A program made the translations under genes and the position numbers. Under the pieces are notes generated by a model. That model was not told the DNA's origin, ran no database searches, and saw only the letters and a program-made list of their open reading frames with translations. From contig CAWDNU010000003.1 of NCBI GenBank assembly GCA_963803705.1, positions 256,001 to 320,000 on the forward strand: a DNA stretch of 64,000 nt, in the 5' to 3' direction. Source of the DNA: an uncultured Pseudobdellovibrionaceae bacterium (GTDB lineage: Bacteria; Bdellovibrionota; Bdellovibrionia; Bdellovibrionales; UBA1609). Positions 50,827-61,054 of the stretch are shown here, piece by piece; within the stretch, counting starts at the first letter, position 1, and each line of letters opens with the position of its first letter.

Positions 50827-51600
50827 ATGTTAAGTTTATCAATGGGACAGTATTCCCTGGTCTTTAATATGTTGTCGTTTGCAGTTGCATCGATGTTTGG
50901 CGCTTTTGCTTTTTTTGTAATGGCCCAAAGGATTGTCGGCGAAAAATACAAGGTTTCGATGATGGTGTCATCATTGGTGGTTTTAATTGCTGGTTACCAT
51001 TACTTTAGAATCATGGGCAGCTGGGAAAGTGCATTTGTTTTGATAGATGGTGTTTACCAACCAAGTGGAAAGCCGTTTAATGATGCTTATAGATATGTGG
51101 ACTGGTTGTTAACTGTACCGCTTTTACTGGTTGAATTGGTGCTAGTTTTAAACTTAGCTAAAGGAAAATCGGGTCCAATGCTGAGAAATCTGATAATAGC
51201 AGCTGTGTTAATGATAGGACTTGGTTATCCGGGTGAAATTTCAAACGATTTTGTAACTAGAAACGTTTGGGGCGTGCTATCTACAATCCCTTTCATTTAT
51301 ATTTTGGTCGTGCTTTGGGGTCAGCTAGGACAGCAACTTGAAGGTGCAAGTGATAAAGTTAAAACTTTGTTCGCAAATACTCGATGGTTGTTAATTGCAA
51401 CTTGGGGTTTTTATCCTATTGCTTACGCTATTGGTACTTGGGGCGGAATGGAAACAGCAGGAGCTGTTGTGGCTGTCCAAGTGGGTTACACAATTGCAGA
51501 CGTGTCAGCAAAAGCTCTGTATGGCGTGATGATATTTGCAATAGCATACCAAAAGTCATCAGATGATGGCACCTTGCCAATTTTATTAGAGGCAAAATAA
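50827..51600 (+). CDS. Microbial rhodopsin, xanthorhodopsin/Gloeobacter-rhodopsin type, DTE proton pump
   Basis: Seven TM helices; FNDAYRYVDWLLTVPLLLVE (D-T-E); helix B His (AGYHYFRI); helix G DVSAK retinal lysine; GGAGG RBS. Confidence 0.95.
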   Translation: MLSLSMGQYSLVFNMLSFAVASMFGAFAFFVMAQRIVGEKYKVSMMVSSLVVLIAGYHYFRIMGSWESAFVLIDGVYQPSGKPFNDAYRYVDWLLTVPLLLVELVLVLNLAKGKSGPMLRNLIIAAVLMIGLGYPGEISNDFVTRNVWGVLSTIPFIYILVVLWGQLGQQLEGASDKVKTLFANTRWLLIATWGFYPIAYAIGTWGGMETAGAVVAVQVGYTIADVSAKALYGVMIFAIAYQKSSDDGTLPILLEAK

Positions 51601-51642
51601 TTTGCCAGTTAGACCTTTGGTAACAGGTTTTAAGATTCACCT

Positions 51643-52542
51643 ATGGACGAGGATAGCTATTTTAATAGCTATCCTCTTTTTTTTAGCGTATTGAACCTAG
51701 CTTATTTTTTTCCAGAGCTGGATTTTCGGTTAGCTCTTTTAGTAGTTGGCTTAGTTTTTTTAGGCATGCCTCACGGGGCCATGGATATATATCTATTTTA
51801 TAAATCTCTCTATACTAAAAAACAGACATTTTTTTTTATTTTTTCTTATCTCGCTTTAAGCGCGTTAATTTTAGTCTTATGGACGATAAGTCCGACAGTT
51901 AGCTTTTTATTTTTTGCCACCTATTCTATGTTTCACTTTGCAGACAGTGATTTACAGAAAGGCATTCTTGAGAATAAGATGAACTTACTTGAATTCTTTG
52001 CCCGCTTTGCTTTGTCCTTAGGTCTTCCACTAACTTTTTTTAAGCAGCAGACCTTAGAGCTGATCAGTTTCATTCATCCTTATATTCACTTTGAGCCTTA
52101 CTTACTTGTATTTCAGTATCTTGGATTCTTTAGTCTAGGCATGACTCTCGTTTTTACAATTATTAGTTTATACCGCTTTCTAATCGATTTTAAAAACCAA
52201 GATTTAACATTTTTGGAACCCGTGGTACTTTGTGTTTTGTTTTCTCAGATAACGCCCTTATATGCCCTAGGAATTTATTTCTGTTTTATTCATGCAGTTA
52301 AACATATAGTTAACGTGTTAAGCCAAGTTAAAATAAAAACTATAAGAAGTATTTTGCCTTATTGGTTAATTCCCTTAGTGGGGTTGCCTATACTGTTTTA
52401 TATTTACTCACAATCTAAGAACTATAGTATCGATAATTTTCAAACTCATATTTTCCAGTATATTTTGATAACTTTATCTGCTTTGGCGTTTCCCCACGCA
52501 ATTCTAATTCGCTACTGTAAAGTTTTGAAAATTATCAAATAA
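51643..52542 (+). CDS. blh: Brp/Blh beta-carotene 15,15'-dioxygenase
   Basis: Four conserved His motifs (GMPHGAMD, FHF, FCFIHA..H, LAFPH); multi-TM; directly after the rhodopsin. Confidence 0.9.
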   Translation: MDEDSYFNSYPLFFSVLNLAYFFPELDFRLALLVVGLVFLGMPHGAMDIYLFYKSLYTKKQTFFFIFSYLALSALILVLWTISPTVSFLFFATYSMFHFADSDLQKGILENKMNLLEFFARFALSLGLPLTFFKQQTLELISFIHPYIHFEPYLLVFQYLGFFSLGMTLVFTIISLYRFLIDFKNQDLTFLEPVVLCVLFSQITPLYALGIYFCFIHAVKHIVNVLSQVKIKTIRSILPYWLIPLVGLPILFYIYSQSKNYSIDNFQTHIFQYILITLSALAFPHAILIRYCKVLKIIK

Positions 52543-52913
52543 AATATTATTTAAATGGCTTAGAGTAGATTACTTACTCTGTTTCTCTGGGATCAAAATT
52601 AGGACTTTTGTGTTCAACTTATTTTCAAAATTTGACTTCGATTTGCACCACTTGTTACAAGCTACTTTAATCGTAAGTTTCTAATAGTTGATCCATAAAG
52701 AGCTTAACCCTAGGATTTAGTAAAAATTTTGATACACCGTTAGCACCAACACCTACGCGCTCTTCTTGCCGGTTATCATAACTTGATAGTTTTGCTTATC
52801 TTGCATTTTTAATGATTTTTATTAACTGCGATTTAAGCATTTTTAATCATATGTAACTAAATAGCTGTTTGCATAGATGCAGAGAAAACCAGATTTTGCA
52901 CCCCAATAGTTTA

Positions 52914-53285
52914 AAGCGAAAACACAGCTGTGAGCACAAGGTATTTTATTGAATATAATATTGTCGATTTTAAAGTTTTGGATGACAGCGAGGTAACTTC
53001 GTACAGTGTTAAGGCTTATCCTGATAGTGGCCTTTTTCTGCGTCAAAAAAACGGCTCAGCAAACTGCAATTAGATGTAGGCTCTGCAGCAGGTGAGCTTT
53101 AAGGTAAAGTTATTGTGGGACCCACAGTTATTCGTAGTCACCAAGTGGGTGAGTACAATCTTATTATGGTAAATTCGCCAGCCGCTGCAGATCTATTAAA
53201 GTTTATTTCAACAACTGTCTCACCTGAAAATGTCTGGAAGTATAGCTCAGTTGTTAAATTTTACATTTGTGTTCTTGTAATTTGA
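52914..53285 (+). pseudogene. Possible decayed gene remnant of unknown function
   Basis: Protein-like fragments (SENTAVSTRYFIEYNIVDFKVLDD...; LQLDVGSAAGEL*GKVIVGPTVIRSHQVGEY...) broken by a frame change and a stop, in an 800-bp gap. Confidence 0.3.
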
Positions 53286-53338
53286 AATATAACGAAATCT
53301 AGACTGCCGCATTTAAGTTATAATGGATAGATTAACCT

Positions 53339-54100
53339 GTGGATTATTTAAAAAGTAAACTGTATTTTTTATTGGAAAAAAACTTAAGTAAAACTAGCCA
53401 GTTTATAAGCATCGTAATTTCGATTGTGATTGTCGTAAATATCTCGTCTCTTATACTAGAAACTGTTCCTAATCTTAATGAGCATTATGGTGCCGTTTTC
53501 TTTTACATAGAAGCTGTTTCAATTTTTGTTTTTACAGTAGAGTATGCACTAAGAATTCTAGCTAATTCAAGATCCAACTTAAACCCTAACGGATCTTCTA
53601 TCAAATTTATTTTATCTCCTTTGGGTTTAATCGATCTAATTGCTATATTGCCATTTTTTCTGCCTTATATTACCACTATGAATCTTGGCACGATCAGACT
53701 ACTAAGGTTGTTCAGACTGCTGCGTTTATTTAAGTTCAAAAGATATACAAAGGCTCTTGATAACTTAGAGCTAACATTTAAAAAGTCTTTGCCTGAAATG
53801 CTTATTGCCTCTGTCTCTATGCTTATAATGTTGTTGATTTCATCTACGGTAATTTATTACTGTGAAAATATGGCTCAGCCAGATAAGTTTATCAGCATTC
53901 CTCATTCAATGTGGTGGGCGATCACCACTTTAACGACTGTTGGCTATGGGGACATGTACCCAATAACAATATTGGGCAAGTTTTTTGGTGCTATGACCTC
54001 GCTTATAGGGGTTGGGCTGATAGCTGTCCCCACCAGTATTCTTGGTGCAAATTTTATTGAAACCCTTAGGATTAAAAACGCAAATAAAAAAATGGATTAA
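53339..54100 (+). CDS. Voltage-gated potassium channel (6TM, KvAP-like)
   Basis: S4 IRLLRLFRLLRLFKFKRY; selectivity filter TTVGYGD. Confidence 0.93.
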   Translation: MDYLKSKLYFLLEKNLSKTSQFISIVISIVIVVNISSLILETVPNLNEHYGAVFFYIEAVSIFVFTVEYALRILANSRSNLNPNGSSIKFILSPLGLIDLIAILPFFLPYITTMNLGTIRLLRLFRLLRLFKFKRYTKALDNLELTFKKSLPEMLIASVSMLIMLLISSTVIYYCENMAQPDKFISIPHSMWWAITTLTTVGYGDMYPITILGKFFGAMTSLIGVGLIAVPTSILGANFIETLRIKNANKKMD

Positions 54101-54220
54101 TGGACCAAGGTTTACTCTGGATGATTTTAACAAAAAATTTAATACAAGTTTTTTAAATTTGACTGATTTTTCTTATAAATTTACTTCATTAAAATTTCCA
54201 CAAGCCACTAAAATAAGGGC

Positions 54221-55678
54221 TCAAAGACTTGTGTTACGCTCTAAGGCATTTTGTAGATCTTGTTCAAATTGATCCTGTAAAGCTTCCTTTTTTGAAAGAT
54301 CTGGTTCTCTCAGGATTCGGGCAGGGTGGTGGGTGATAAAAGTTTTATTGCAAAAGCCAGTTTTATGAAGCTTTGACCTAACTGTTTCCATTCTTACGGG
54401 AAAACCCAAAACTGAATGGGCAGCGGATAAGCCCATGCAGATGATAACTTCGGGTTTAACAAGTTCGACCTCCTTTTCAAGCCAAGGTCGACAGCTAAGA
54501 ATATGTTTGGAGCTTGGAGTTTTATGTATTCTCACTTTACCACCACTGCGGAAGTTAAAATGTTTGACGGCATTTGTTTTATAAAAATCATCTATATTGT
54601 AGCCCAATTTTTTCAAAGTAATTCCAAGCAGATTTCCAGCAGGTCCTACAAAAGGTTTCCCGCTAACCTCTTCCATATCTCCGGGGGCTTCACCCAAAAT
54701 CATAATTTGGCTTGTTGGCAAGCCAGCACCGGCAACTGGATTTGTGTTCAATTCACAAAGTTCACATGCATTGCACTGAAGCAACTTGATTCGAAGATCA
54801 TTTAATGAGGCCACACCTTCTGTGTAGATTTTAGCGTCCGATCTAGTTGATCTCGAACGCAGCTTCATTGATTCAACTCTGGTAGAAGCATTTCTGATTA
54901 GCTCTGGAATTAATTTAGTTTCGGGCATAGTTTCCCAATACCTGCGGGGCATTTCTTTCATCATAGCGTTTATCTTTACTCGAGCTGGATTAAAAATATT
55001 GCTGAAATAAGTTTGCCACAGTTCGACGAAGGGGTCTTCCGGCAAAGTTTTGGGATGGTACTCTTGCTCTTGGTAAAAAACCTGGTGAGAGTTCCATGAT
55101 AACATCGCGTAAGGAGTAAATATGATCCAATTCATAGTGTTGAATCGTTCCACAAAAAATTTGTAATTTTTTTTAAGAATGTAGTGATCAGGTTTATGAT
55201 AGGCAACGTATATTACTTTTCCGTCCTTACTGAATTCGTTAAATCTGACAAATGCTTGCATTTTGTGTATATCTCTTGTGACCTGTTTAGAAAAAACTTT
55301 AAGCTTATGTAAATTTGGTTCCAAGGGATTATGGATAATTTTAAAATTCTTAGAGTAAGATCGGTAGAAATCGTAAAGAATATCAAATTTAGTTTGGTTA
55401 TTATGACATAATACATTGCTAGCGAACCTAGAAAATTCTTGGTAAAACTTCAAATTATGAAGGTCATTTAAAAAACTTGAGGGCGGTTTTTTTAAACATT
55501 TCAAATCCAAACTCTCTGTAAATAAGTCGGATTGATAATTGGTGCTTGGGTCTTTAGTTGAGTCAAAAACATCAAACCAACTGATCTTATCTGATGAAAC
55601 ATCATTGAAGAGATATGGTAAAATCGCAAGCTCCCAATTTGTAAAAGTAATATGTTTTAGCACTTGGTTAAATTTCAC
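54221..55678 (-). CDS. DUF4130 fused to a UdgX-type family-4 uracil-DNA glycosylase
   Basis: DUF4130 motifs (RDIHKMQAFVRF, W..YF..IFNPAR, MPRRYW..MPE) plus CNACELC, GEAPGD.E, PFVGPAG, TNAVKHF, RIHKTP and HP. Confidence 0.9.
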   Translation of the reverse strand: MKFNQVLKHITFTNWELAILPYLFNDVSSDKISWFDVFDSTKDPSTNYQSDLFTESLDLKCLKKPPSSFLNDLHNLKFYQEFSRFASNVLCHNNQTKFDILYDFYRSYSKNFKIIHNPLEPNLHKLKVFSKQVTRDIHKMQAFVRFNEFSKDGKVIYVAYHKPDHYILKKNYKFFVERFNTMNWIIFTPYAMLSWNSHQVFYQEQEYHPKTLPEDPFVELWQTYFSNIFNPARVKINAMMKEMPRRYWETMPETKLIPELIRNASTRVESMKLRSRSTRSDAKIYTEGVASLNDLRIKLLQCNACELCELNTNPVAGAGLPTSQIMILGEAPGDMEEVSGKPFVGPAGNLLGITLKKLGYNIDDFYKTNAVKHFNFRSGGKVRIHKTPSSKHILSCRPWLEKEVELVKPEVIICMGLSAAHSVLGFPVRMETVRSKLHKTGFCNKTFITHHPARILREPDLSKKEALQDQFEQDLQNALERNTSL

Positions 55679-56918
55679 CAGTTAAAGGGGAAAGAGACTC
55701 AGAAAATAAGCTTAACTGTTCATCTTTTTTAAAATCTAGATTTTCACTTTCTAGCATTCTCACAAATGGGTTAAAGTCACTAACTAGAATAAAAAATTTT
55801 GCTTTGTTAAGCTGAACTTTTAAAGTCTTTAGATCTGTAAAACTTAATGATCTATATTTTCTTGCGCTGATTATTTTAAGGACGTTTCTGACTCCTAATC
55901 CAGGTACCCTTAAAAGTTCGTACTTAGACGCTTTATTAATATCGACTGGAAAAAAATGACGATTTCTTAGTGCCCACATCATCTTGGGATCTTTATCTAA
56001 GTCTAGATTTGGATTTGCATCAGTAGTAATTTCATCAGTTTTAAATTGATAAAATCTAATTAGCCAATCAGCTTGGTAAAGTCTGTGCTCTCGTATAAGC
56101 GGCGGTGAAGCTGCAGGTAAATTGGCATGGGCATCAGGTATCGGGCTATATGCGGAATAATAAACTCGCTTTAACTTAAATTTATCATACAGAAGATTGG
56201 ACTGATGCAAAATTTTTCTATCAGAACTGTCGGTCGCACCAACAATCATTTGGGTGCTCTGGCCTGCGGGAACACGATTTTTGACTATGCGAGGAAGTTT
56301 TGACTTCAAATCACCCAGACCCTCATCTTTAAAAGTTTTCAAGGCGTTCATCGTCTCATGAATTTGCTTATGAGTTTTTCCGGGGGCTAGTGCCATTAAT
56401 TGATCATTGTCTGGTAATTCTATATTCGCGCTTAACCGATCGGCCCATAGGCTTGCTTTTGATAGAATTTCAGAACTAGCTCCTGCAACTGCTTTTAGAT
56501 GAATGTAACCATTAAAACTTTCCTCGGTCCTTAGCTTCTTAGCAACAGCTACTAATTTTGACATTGTGTAATCTGACGATTGTATAATACCAGAACTTAA
56601 AAATAACCCCTCAATATAATTTCGTTTATAGAAGTTAATGGTAAGCGAGACCACTTCATCAACTGTAAAGGTTGCACGTCTGACTTCGCTCGATAATCTA
56701 TTGATGCAGTAGTTACAGTTGAAAATACAGTTATTGGTAAACAGTATTTTTAGCAAAGATACGCACCTGCCATCAGGCGTGTAGCTATGGCAGATACCTA
56801 TGTTGGACGAACTACCAAGTTTACCTTTTTCAGCTTTACGCTTCGAGCCGCTACTAGCGCAAGAGGCATCGTATTTAGCAGCGTCAGCTAAAATAGATAA
56901 TTTATCTTTTATTTCCAC
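55668..56918 (-). CDS. Putative DNA modification/repair radical SAM protein (TIGR03916-like)
   Basis: AAKYDASCASSG, GICHSYTPDGRCVSLLK, CIFNCNYC, REHRLYQADWL, C-terminal HhH. Confidence 0.93.
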   Translation of the reverse strand: MEIKDKLSILADAAKYDASCASSGSKRKAEKGKLGSSSNIGICHSYTPDGRCVSLLKILFTNNCIFNCNYCINRLSSEVRRATFTVDEVVSLTINFYKRNYIEGLFLSSGIIQSSDYTMSKLVAVAKKLRTEESFNGYIHLKAVAGASSEILSKASLWADRLSANIELPDNDQLMALAPGKTHKQIHETMNALKTFKDEGLGDLKSKLPRIVKNRVPAGQSTQMIVGATDSSDRKILHQSNLLYDKFKLKRVYYSAYSPIPDAHANLPAASPPLIREHRLYQADWLIRFYQFKTDEITTDANPNLDLDKDPKMMWALRNRHFFPVDINKASKYELLRVPGLGVRNVLKIISARKYRSLSFTDLKTLKVQLNKAKFFILVSDFNPFVRMLESENLDFKKDEQLSLFSESLSPLTGEI

Positions 56919-56925
56919 CTGAAAA

Positions 56926-59068
56926 CTATCGATCCCAAAATCGTAGAGCTTTACAACTGTCTAAAAAACTTTTTGCATTCGAAGATTTAGAATAATGAAA
57001 AAAACCATTATCTACTTTATCTGTCATTCCGGTCATCTTTAGGAAGGCTTGTGAACCATCGCTAAAGCCGATAAACTTCTTATGAGAATAAGCATCAGAA
57101 ATAAAATCTTTAGCCTCGGGAACTTCTGCCAAGTCTTTAGAGCCATCTTCTGACATCAATAAAAATACTGCATCAAATAGAATTGATGGTCCACCTTCAA
57201 TCTTTTCATCAATAGTGAATTTCTTCTTAGATTTCGACACAACTTTGCCAACCCTAGGTCCAATAAGTTTCACGTCGACATCTGCGCTTTTTGCAGCTGA
57301 CTGAAGAGAGCTAAGAACTTGCTCATCGAAACCATCAGATAATAAAATTCCCAAAGTGCGACCAGCCATTGTATCAGGTGGATTCTTCAAAATACTTAAT
57401 GAATTCACAGGTTGCAGAGTTTCAATAATTTTACTGGCAGGTTGAGCAGCTTTGGGTAGCTTTTCTATTCCAAGATTATCAGCAACACTTTTAGCTAAAT
57501 CACCATCAATATTAAGTAAATGAGAAACCATTCTTTCTCTGATTGCTTCTGTCTTCACCTTGCTAAGTTCAAATACAAATGCATCATGAATATGTTCTTG
57601 TTCAACAAGTGTTTGGCTTATGTAAAATTGTCGAGCCTGGCTATAGTGATCAGAAAAGGTCTCAGACCTATCCCTTATTTTAACTCCTTCAATTTTTTCT
57701 TCAAAAGATTTAAAGCCTTCGTTCAAGGATTCTCTAGGGCCTGGGGAATCCGTCCAAGAGTTAGGCTCGTAGTTTACTCGACCTACCGGATTGGTCATGG
57801 TCATATGCCCATCTTGCTGTAAATGATGGAATGGACATTTTGGAGCATTTATAGGAATCTGGGTAAAGTTTGGACCGCCAAGGCGCTTAACCTGGGTGTC
57901 CAGATAAGAAAAATTTCTACCCTGAAGTAAAGGGTCATTAGAAAAATCAATTCCGGGAACAATATTCTGGGTGCAAAATGCAACTTGTTCTGTTTCAGCG
58001 AAGAAATTATCAACAACTCTGTCTAACACTAATCGGCCTACAATTTTTACTGGCACTTGCTCTTCTGGAATTAACTTAGTTGAGTCTAAAACGTCAAAAT
58101 CAAATTTTTCAGCAAACTCCTCGTCAAAAATTTGCAGACCAAGTTCCCACTCCGGGAAATTACCAGTCTTGATAGCGTTCCAGAGGTCCCTTCGATGAAA
58201 GTCGGGGTCTGCTCCATTTATTTTAAGAGCCTCATTCCACAACACAGATTGCATACCTAGTTTAGGCTTCCAGTGAAATTTCACAAACTTAGATTTACCT
58301 TCTTGGTCTAGTAATCTAAATGTGTGGACACCAAAGCCTTGCATGAATCTCAATGATCTAGGAATAGTTCTGTCTGACATTATCCACATTGCCATATTCA
58401 TGCTTTCGGGCATCAAAGAAATAAAATCCCAAAAGTTATCATGGGCAGTTTGCGCCTGAGGAAAGCCAGTATCTGGCTCAGGTTTTGCTGCGTGTATTAA
58501 ATCAGGAAACTTCATTGCATCTTGTATAAAAAATACGGGAATATTATTGCCAACAATATCCCAATTGCCTTCCTTGGTATAAAGCTTCACTGCAAATCCT
58601 CTGACGTCCCTAGCTAGGTCAGCTGAACCCTTATTACCAGCTACTGTGGAAAACCTTACAAAAGCGGGGGTCTTTTCGCCAGGACGCTGGAATAGATCGG
58701 CTTTCGTAACACTTCAAACTCTTGTAGTTTTCGAAGTAGCCATGTGCTCCGTAACCACTCGCATGAACAACCCTTTCTGGAATTCTTTCGTGATCAAAAT
58801 GAAAAAGCTTTTCACGAAGGTGAAAGTCTTCAAGTGTTGAAGGCCCTCTGCTTCCAACCTTTAGAGAATTTTGATCATCTGACACTGGCATTCCCTGCTG
58901 GGTTGTCATAGTAGGTGATTTACCACCACTTTGTTGCCTAGTTTCGCCACCTAATCCTGAAGAGACCTCAATATTTCCAAATTTTAACTTAGTTAAGTCA
59001 CTAGCATTTGAATTCTTATTATTGCTAGACGTTGATTTTCTTTTCTTGATTGAAGATTTTTTTTTCAT
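56926..59068 (-). pseudogene. katE: Large-subunit catalase HPII, frameshifted
   Basis: [12 protein letters not shown] in the upstream frame. A shift at ~58711 continues as [25 protein letters not shown]...RDVRGFAVK into the 554-aa ORF (GRNFSY, C-terminal DJ-1-like domain). Confidence 0.88.
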
Positions 59069-59247
59069 ATCTTTATCTATCCTAAGTGAAAGCTGTTAAT
59101 CAAAAATCTATTATTATAATTAACAAGGTTCTAATTAAGAAAATTTTATCTCAACAGATTCGTTTTTCCAATTTAAAAATTGAATGTCTACAAAACTTCA
59201 CACGCGTTTACAATCTACTAAAAATGGGTAAATTTGGATCTCTGGAT

Positions 59248-60327
59248 CTATAGACTAAGTGCTTCAGTCCACTGAGATAGACTGGTAGAGGATGATCCTA
59301 TGATTTGAAGCACTATTAAAATTGGAATCGCTACGAACATACCGGCAACTCCCCACAGCCAACCCCAATAGATCAAAGATAAAACTATCACAAGTGGATT
59401 TAACCTAAGCGCGCTTCCGACTATCGTCGGTGTAATCAGCTGACCCTCAACAGAATTGATTAAAAAGTAAGTCAGAGCGGGTCCGACGATGTCCATCCCG
59501 CTTCCAGGATTGCTAAGTGAGATCAGAAAAATTAGACCTACTCCCACTATGCACCCAACATAAGGAATAAAATTTAGCATTCCCGCGATTGCTCCCCACA
59601 GAAATGGGTTAGGAAACGACTGCATGTAAAGCGCACTTCCTATTACCAGCCCTAAAACTAAGTTTATAGCAGATATAGTTAAAAGATAAAAGCATGTACC
59701 ATTTTGAATTTCATGCAGTAGCGAATCTTTTGAACCCTTAACTTTTTGATAGGGTAGTACAGCACTGACCTTGCAAAACAAAGCATCACCATAAAGAAGC
59801 AAAAAGAAAAAAATCACCAGCGAAGTAAAAAAGTTGAGCGACCAATCCCATGCTCGGTAAAGCATGCTTTCCCCGGCGCCATCCCCCTTTATCTTAACCT
59901 TGATCACCTCTTGGTCAGTAACATCTGTAAAGTCGTTTATTTTTTTTTCGGCCAAAGAAATGTTCAACATTGGCTTTTTAAGCATTGAAAGATTTTTTTT
60001 AAGATTACTAAAGTTTTTACCTGATGTCTGGAATATGCTTTCGAATGGACCTGACAAAGAATAGACTGCTGAACCTACTAGAAAGCAGATTGTAAGTACT
60101 AAACTAATCGAAGAGAACCAACGGCTAACTCTAAATTTTTGCAGCTTATCTACTAAAGGACAAAAACAAAAGTATAGAATCAGCCCAATCATTATAGGAA
60201 GAAAAATAACTTGCGCATATTTTAAGGTTGCTGAAAAAATAACAAATAAAAAAAGATACCAAGACAGCTCGTAAGTTGTCGGTTTGCTGACCGGAGATGA
60301 ACTTTCCAAGTTTACGTTTCTAGTCAT
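59248..60327 (-). CDS. AI-2E family transporter
   Basis: LNFIPYVG, EGQLITP.IVG, WGWLWGVAGMFVAIP. Confidence 0.9.
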   Translation of the reverse strand: MTRNVNLESSSPVSKPTTYELSWYLFLFVIFSATLKYAQVIFLPIMIGLILYFCFCPLVDKLQKFRVSRWFSSISLVLTICFLVGSAVYSLSGPFESIFQTSGKNFSNLKKNLSMLKKPMLNISLAEKKINDFTDVTDQEVIKVKIKGDGAGESMLYRAWDWSLNFFTSLVIFFFLLLYGDALFCKVSAVLPYQKVKGSKDSLLHEIQNGTCFYLLTISAINLVLGLVIGSALYMQSFPNPFLWGAIAGMLNFIPYVGCIVGVGLIFLISLSNPGSGMDIVGPALTYFLINSVEGQLITPTIVGSALRLNPLVIVLSLIYWGWLWGVAGMFVAIPILIVLQIIGSSSTSLSQWTEALSL

Positions 60328-60564
60328 AATTATGCCTTCATAGAAAATTGATATATTATCTTAGTAATTAATAACAGCATGCAATTGATGGCCACTCAAG
60401 CCTATTGATGTGCAGTTTCCTGCACAACACATCCATGATGTTTAAATATCTAGACAAAACCTGCAAGGATCCTTGAAGTAGCAATTTGGTTGTGGGGCTA
60501 TTATAGCTTTACTTACAAATGGTTACGATACGAATAGTTACAAAATTCAACAAAAAGGAAATCA

Positions 60565-60864
60565 ATGAAAGAGTCAGTCCAGCCTAACAGCAAATCTCCA
60601 GTCAAATCTAACAGCAGCGCCGATAACTTTTCAGGTTCTAAAGAAGAACATAGCGAAGGGTCTCTTACACAAAAGATAGAAGATCAGACTGCAAAGATAC
60701 CTTCCGGGGCATTTTTAGCAGCAAGCATTTTAAGTATAGGAGCTTCAGCTCTGCTGAAGGTCAGTGGTCGTGATAAGGATGCACAATTTGTCGGGCAGTG
60801 GGTTGCACCTTTTCTACTGCTTGGTGTCTACAATAAAATCGTCAAAACTTTAGGTAACGATTAA
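60565..60864 (+). CDS. Small conserved-looking membrane hypothetical protein
   Basis: AAGGA RBS; IE.QTAKIPS...FVGQW.APFLLLGVYNKIVK. Confidence 0.7.
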   Translation: MKESVQPNSKSPVKSNSSADNFSGSKEEHSEGSLTQKIEDQTAKIPSGAFLAASILSIGASALLKVSGRDKDAQFVGQWVAPFLLLGVYNKIVKTLGND

Positions 60865-60878
60865 CCTTTAGTCCATTA

Positions 60879-60900
60879 GCCGGTAAGTTCACTTACCGGC
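60879..60900. terminator. Hairpin between convergent genes
   Basis: GCCGGTAAG-TTCA-CTTACCGGC. Confidence 0.6.
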
Positions 60901-61054
60901 CGTACTAAAAATAGCATTTTGTGTTTTCATCCTAAACGCTTAAGTGTGTTTTTCTCTTTAAAAAATACATCTTCAAATTTCCTACTAAAATTCTGATACA
61001 AGCATAGATAAATTTCGTTAAATTTAAAAAACATTTAAAAACCACATTGATAGT

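Noticed and set aside
58690..58730. Programmed ribosomal frameshift in katE
   Set aside because: There is no slippery heptamer at the site, and a second damaging substitution lies nearby.
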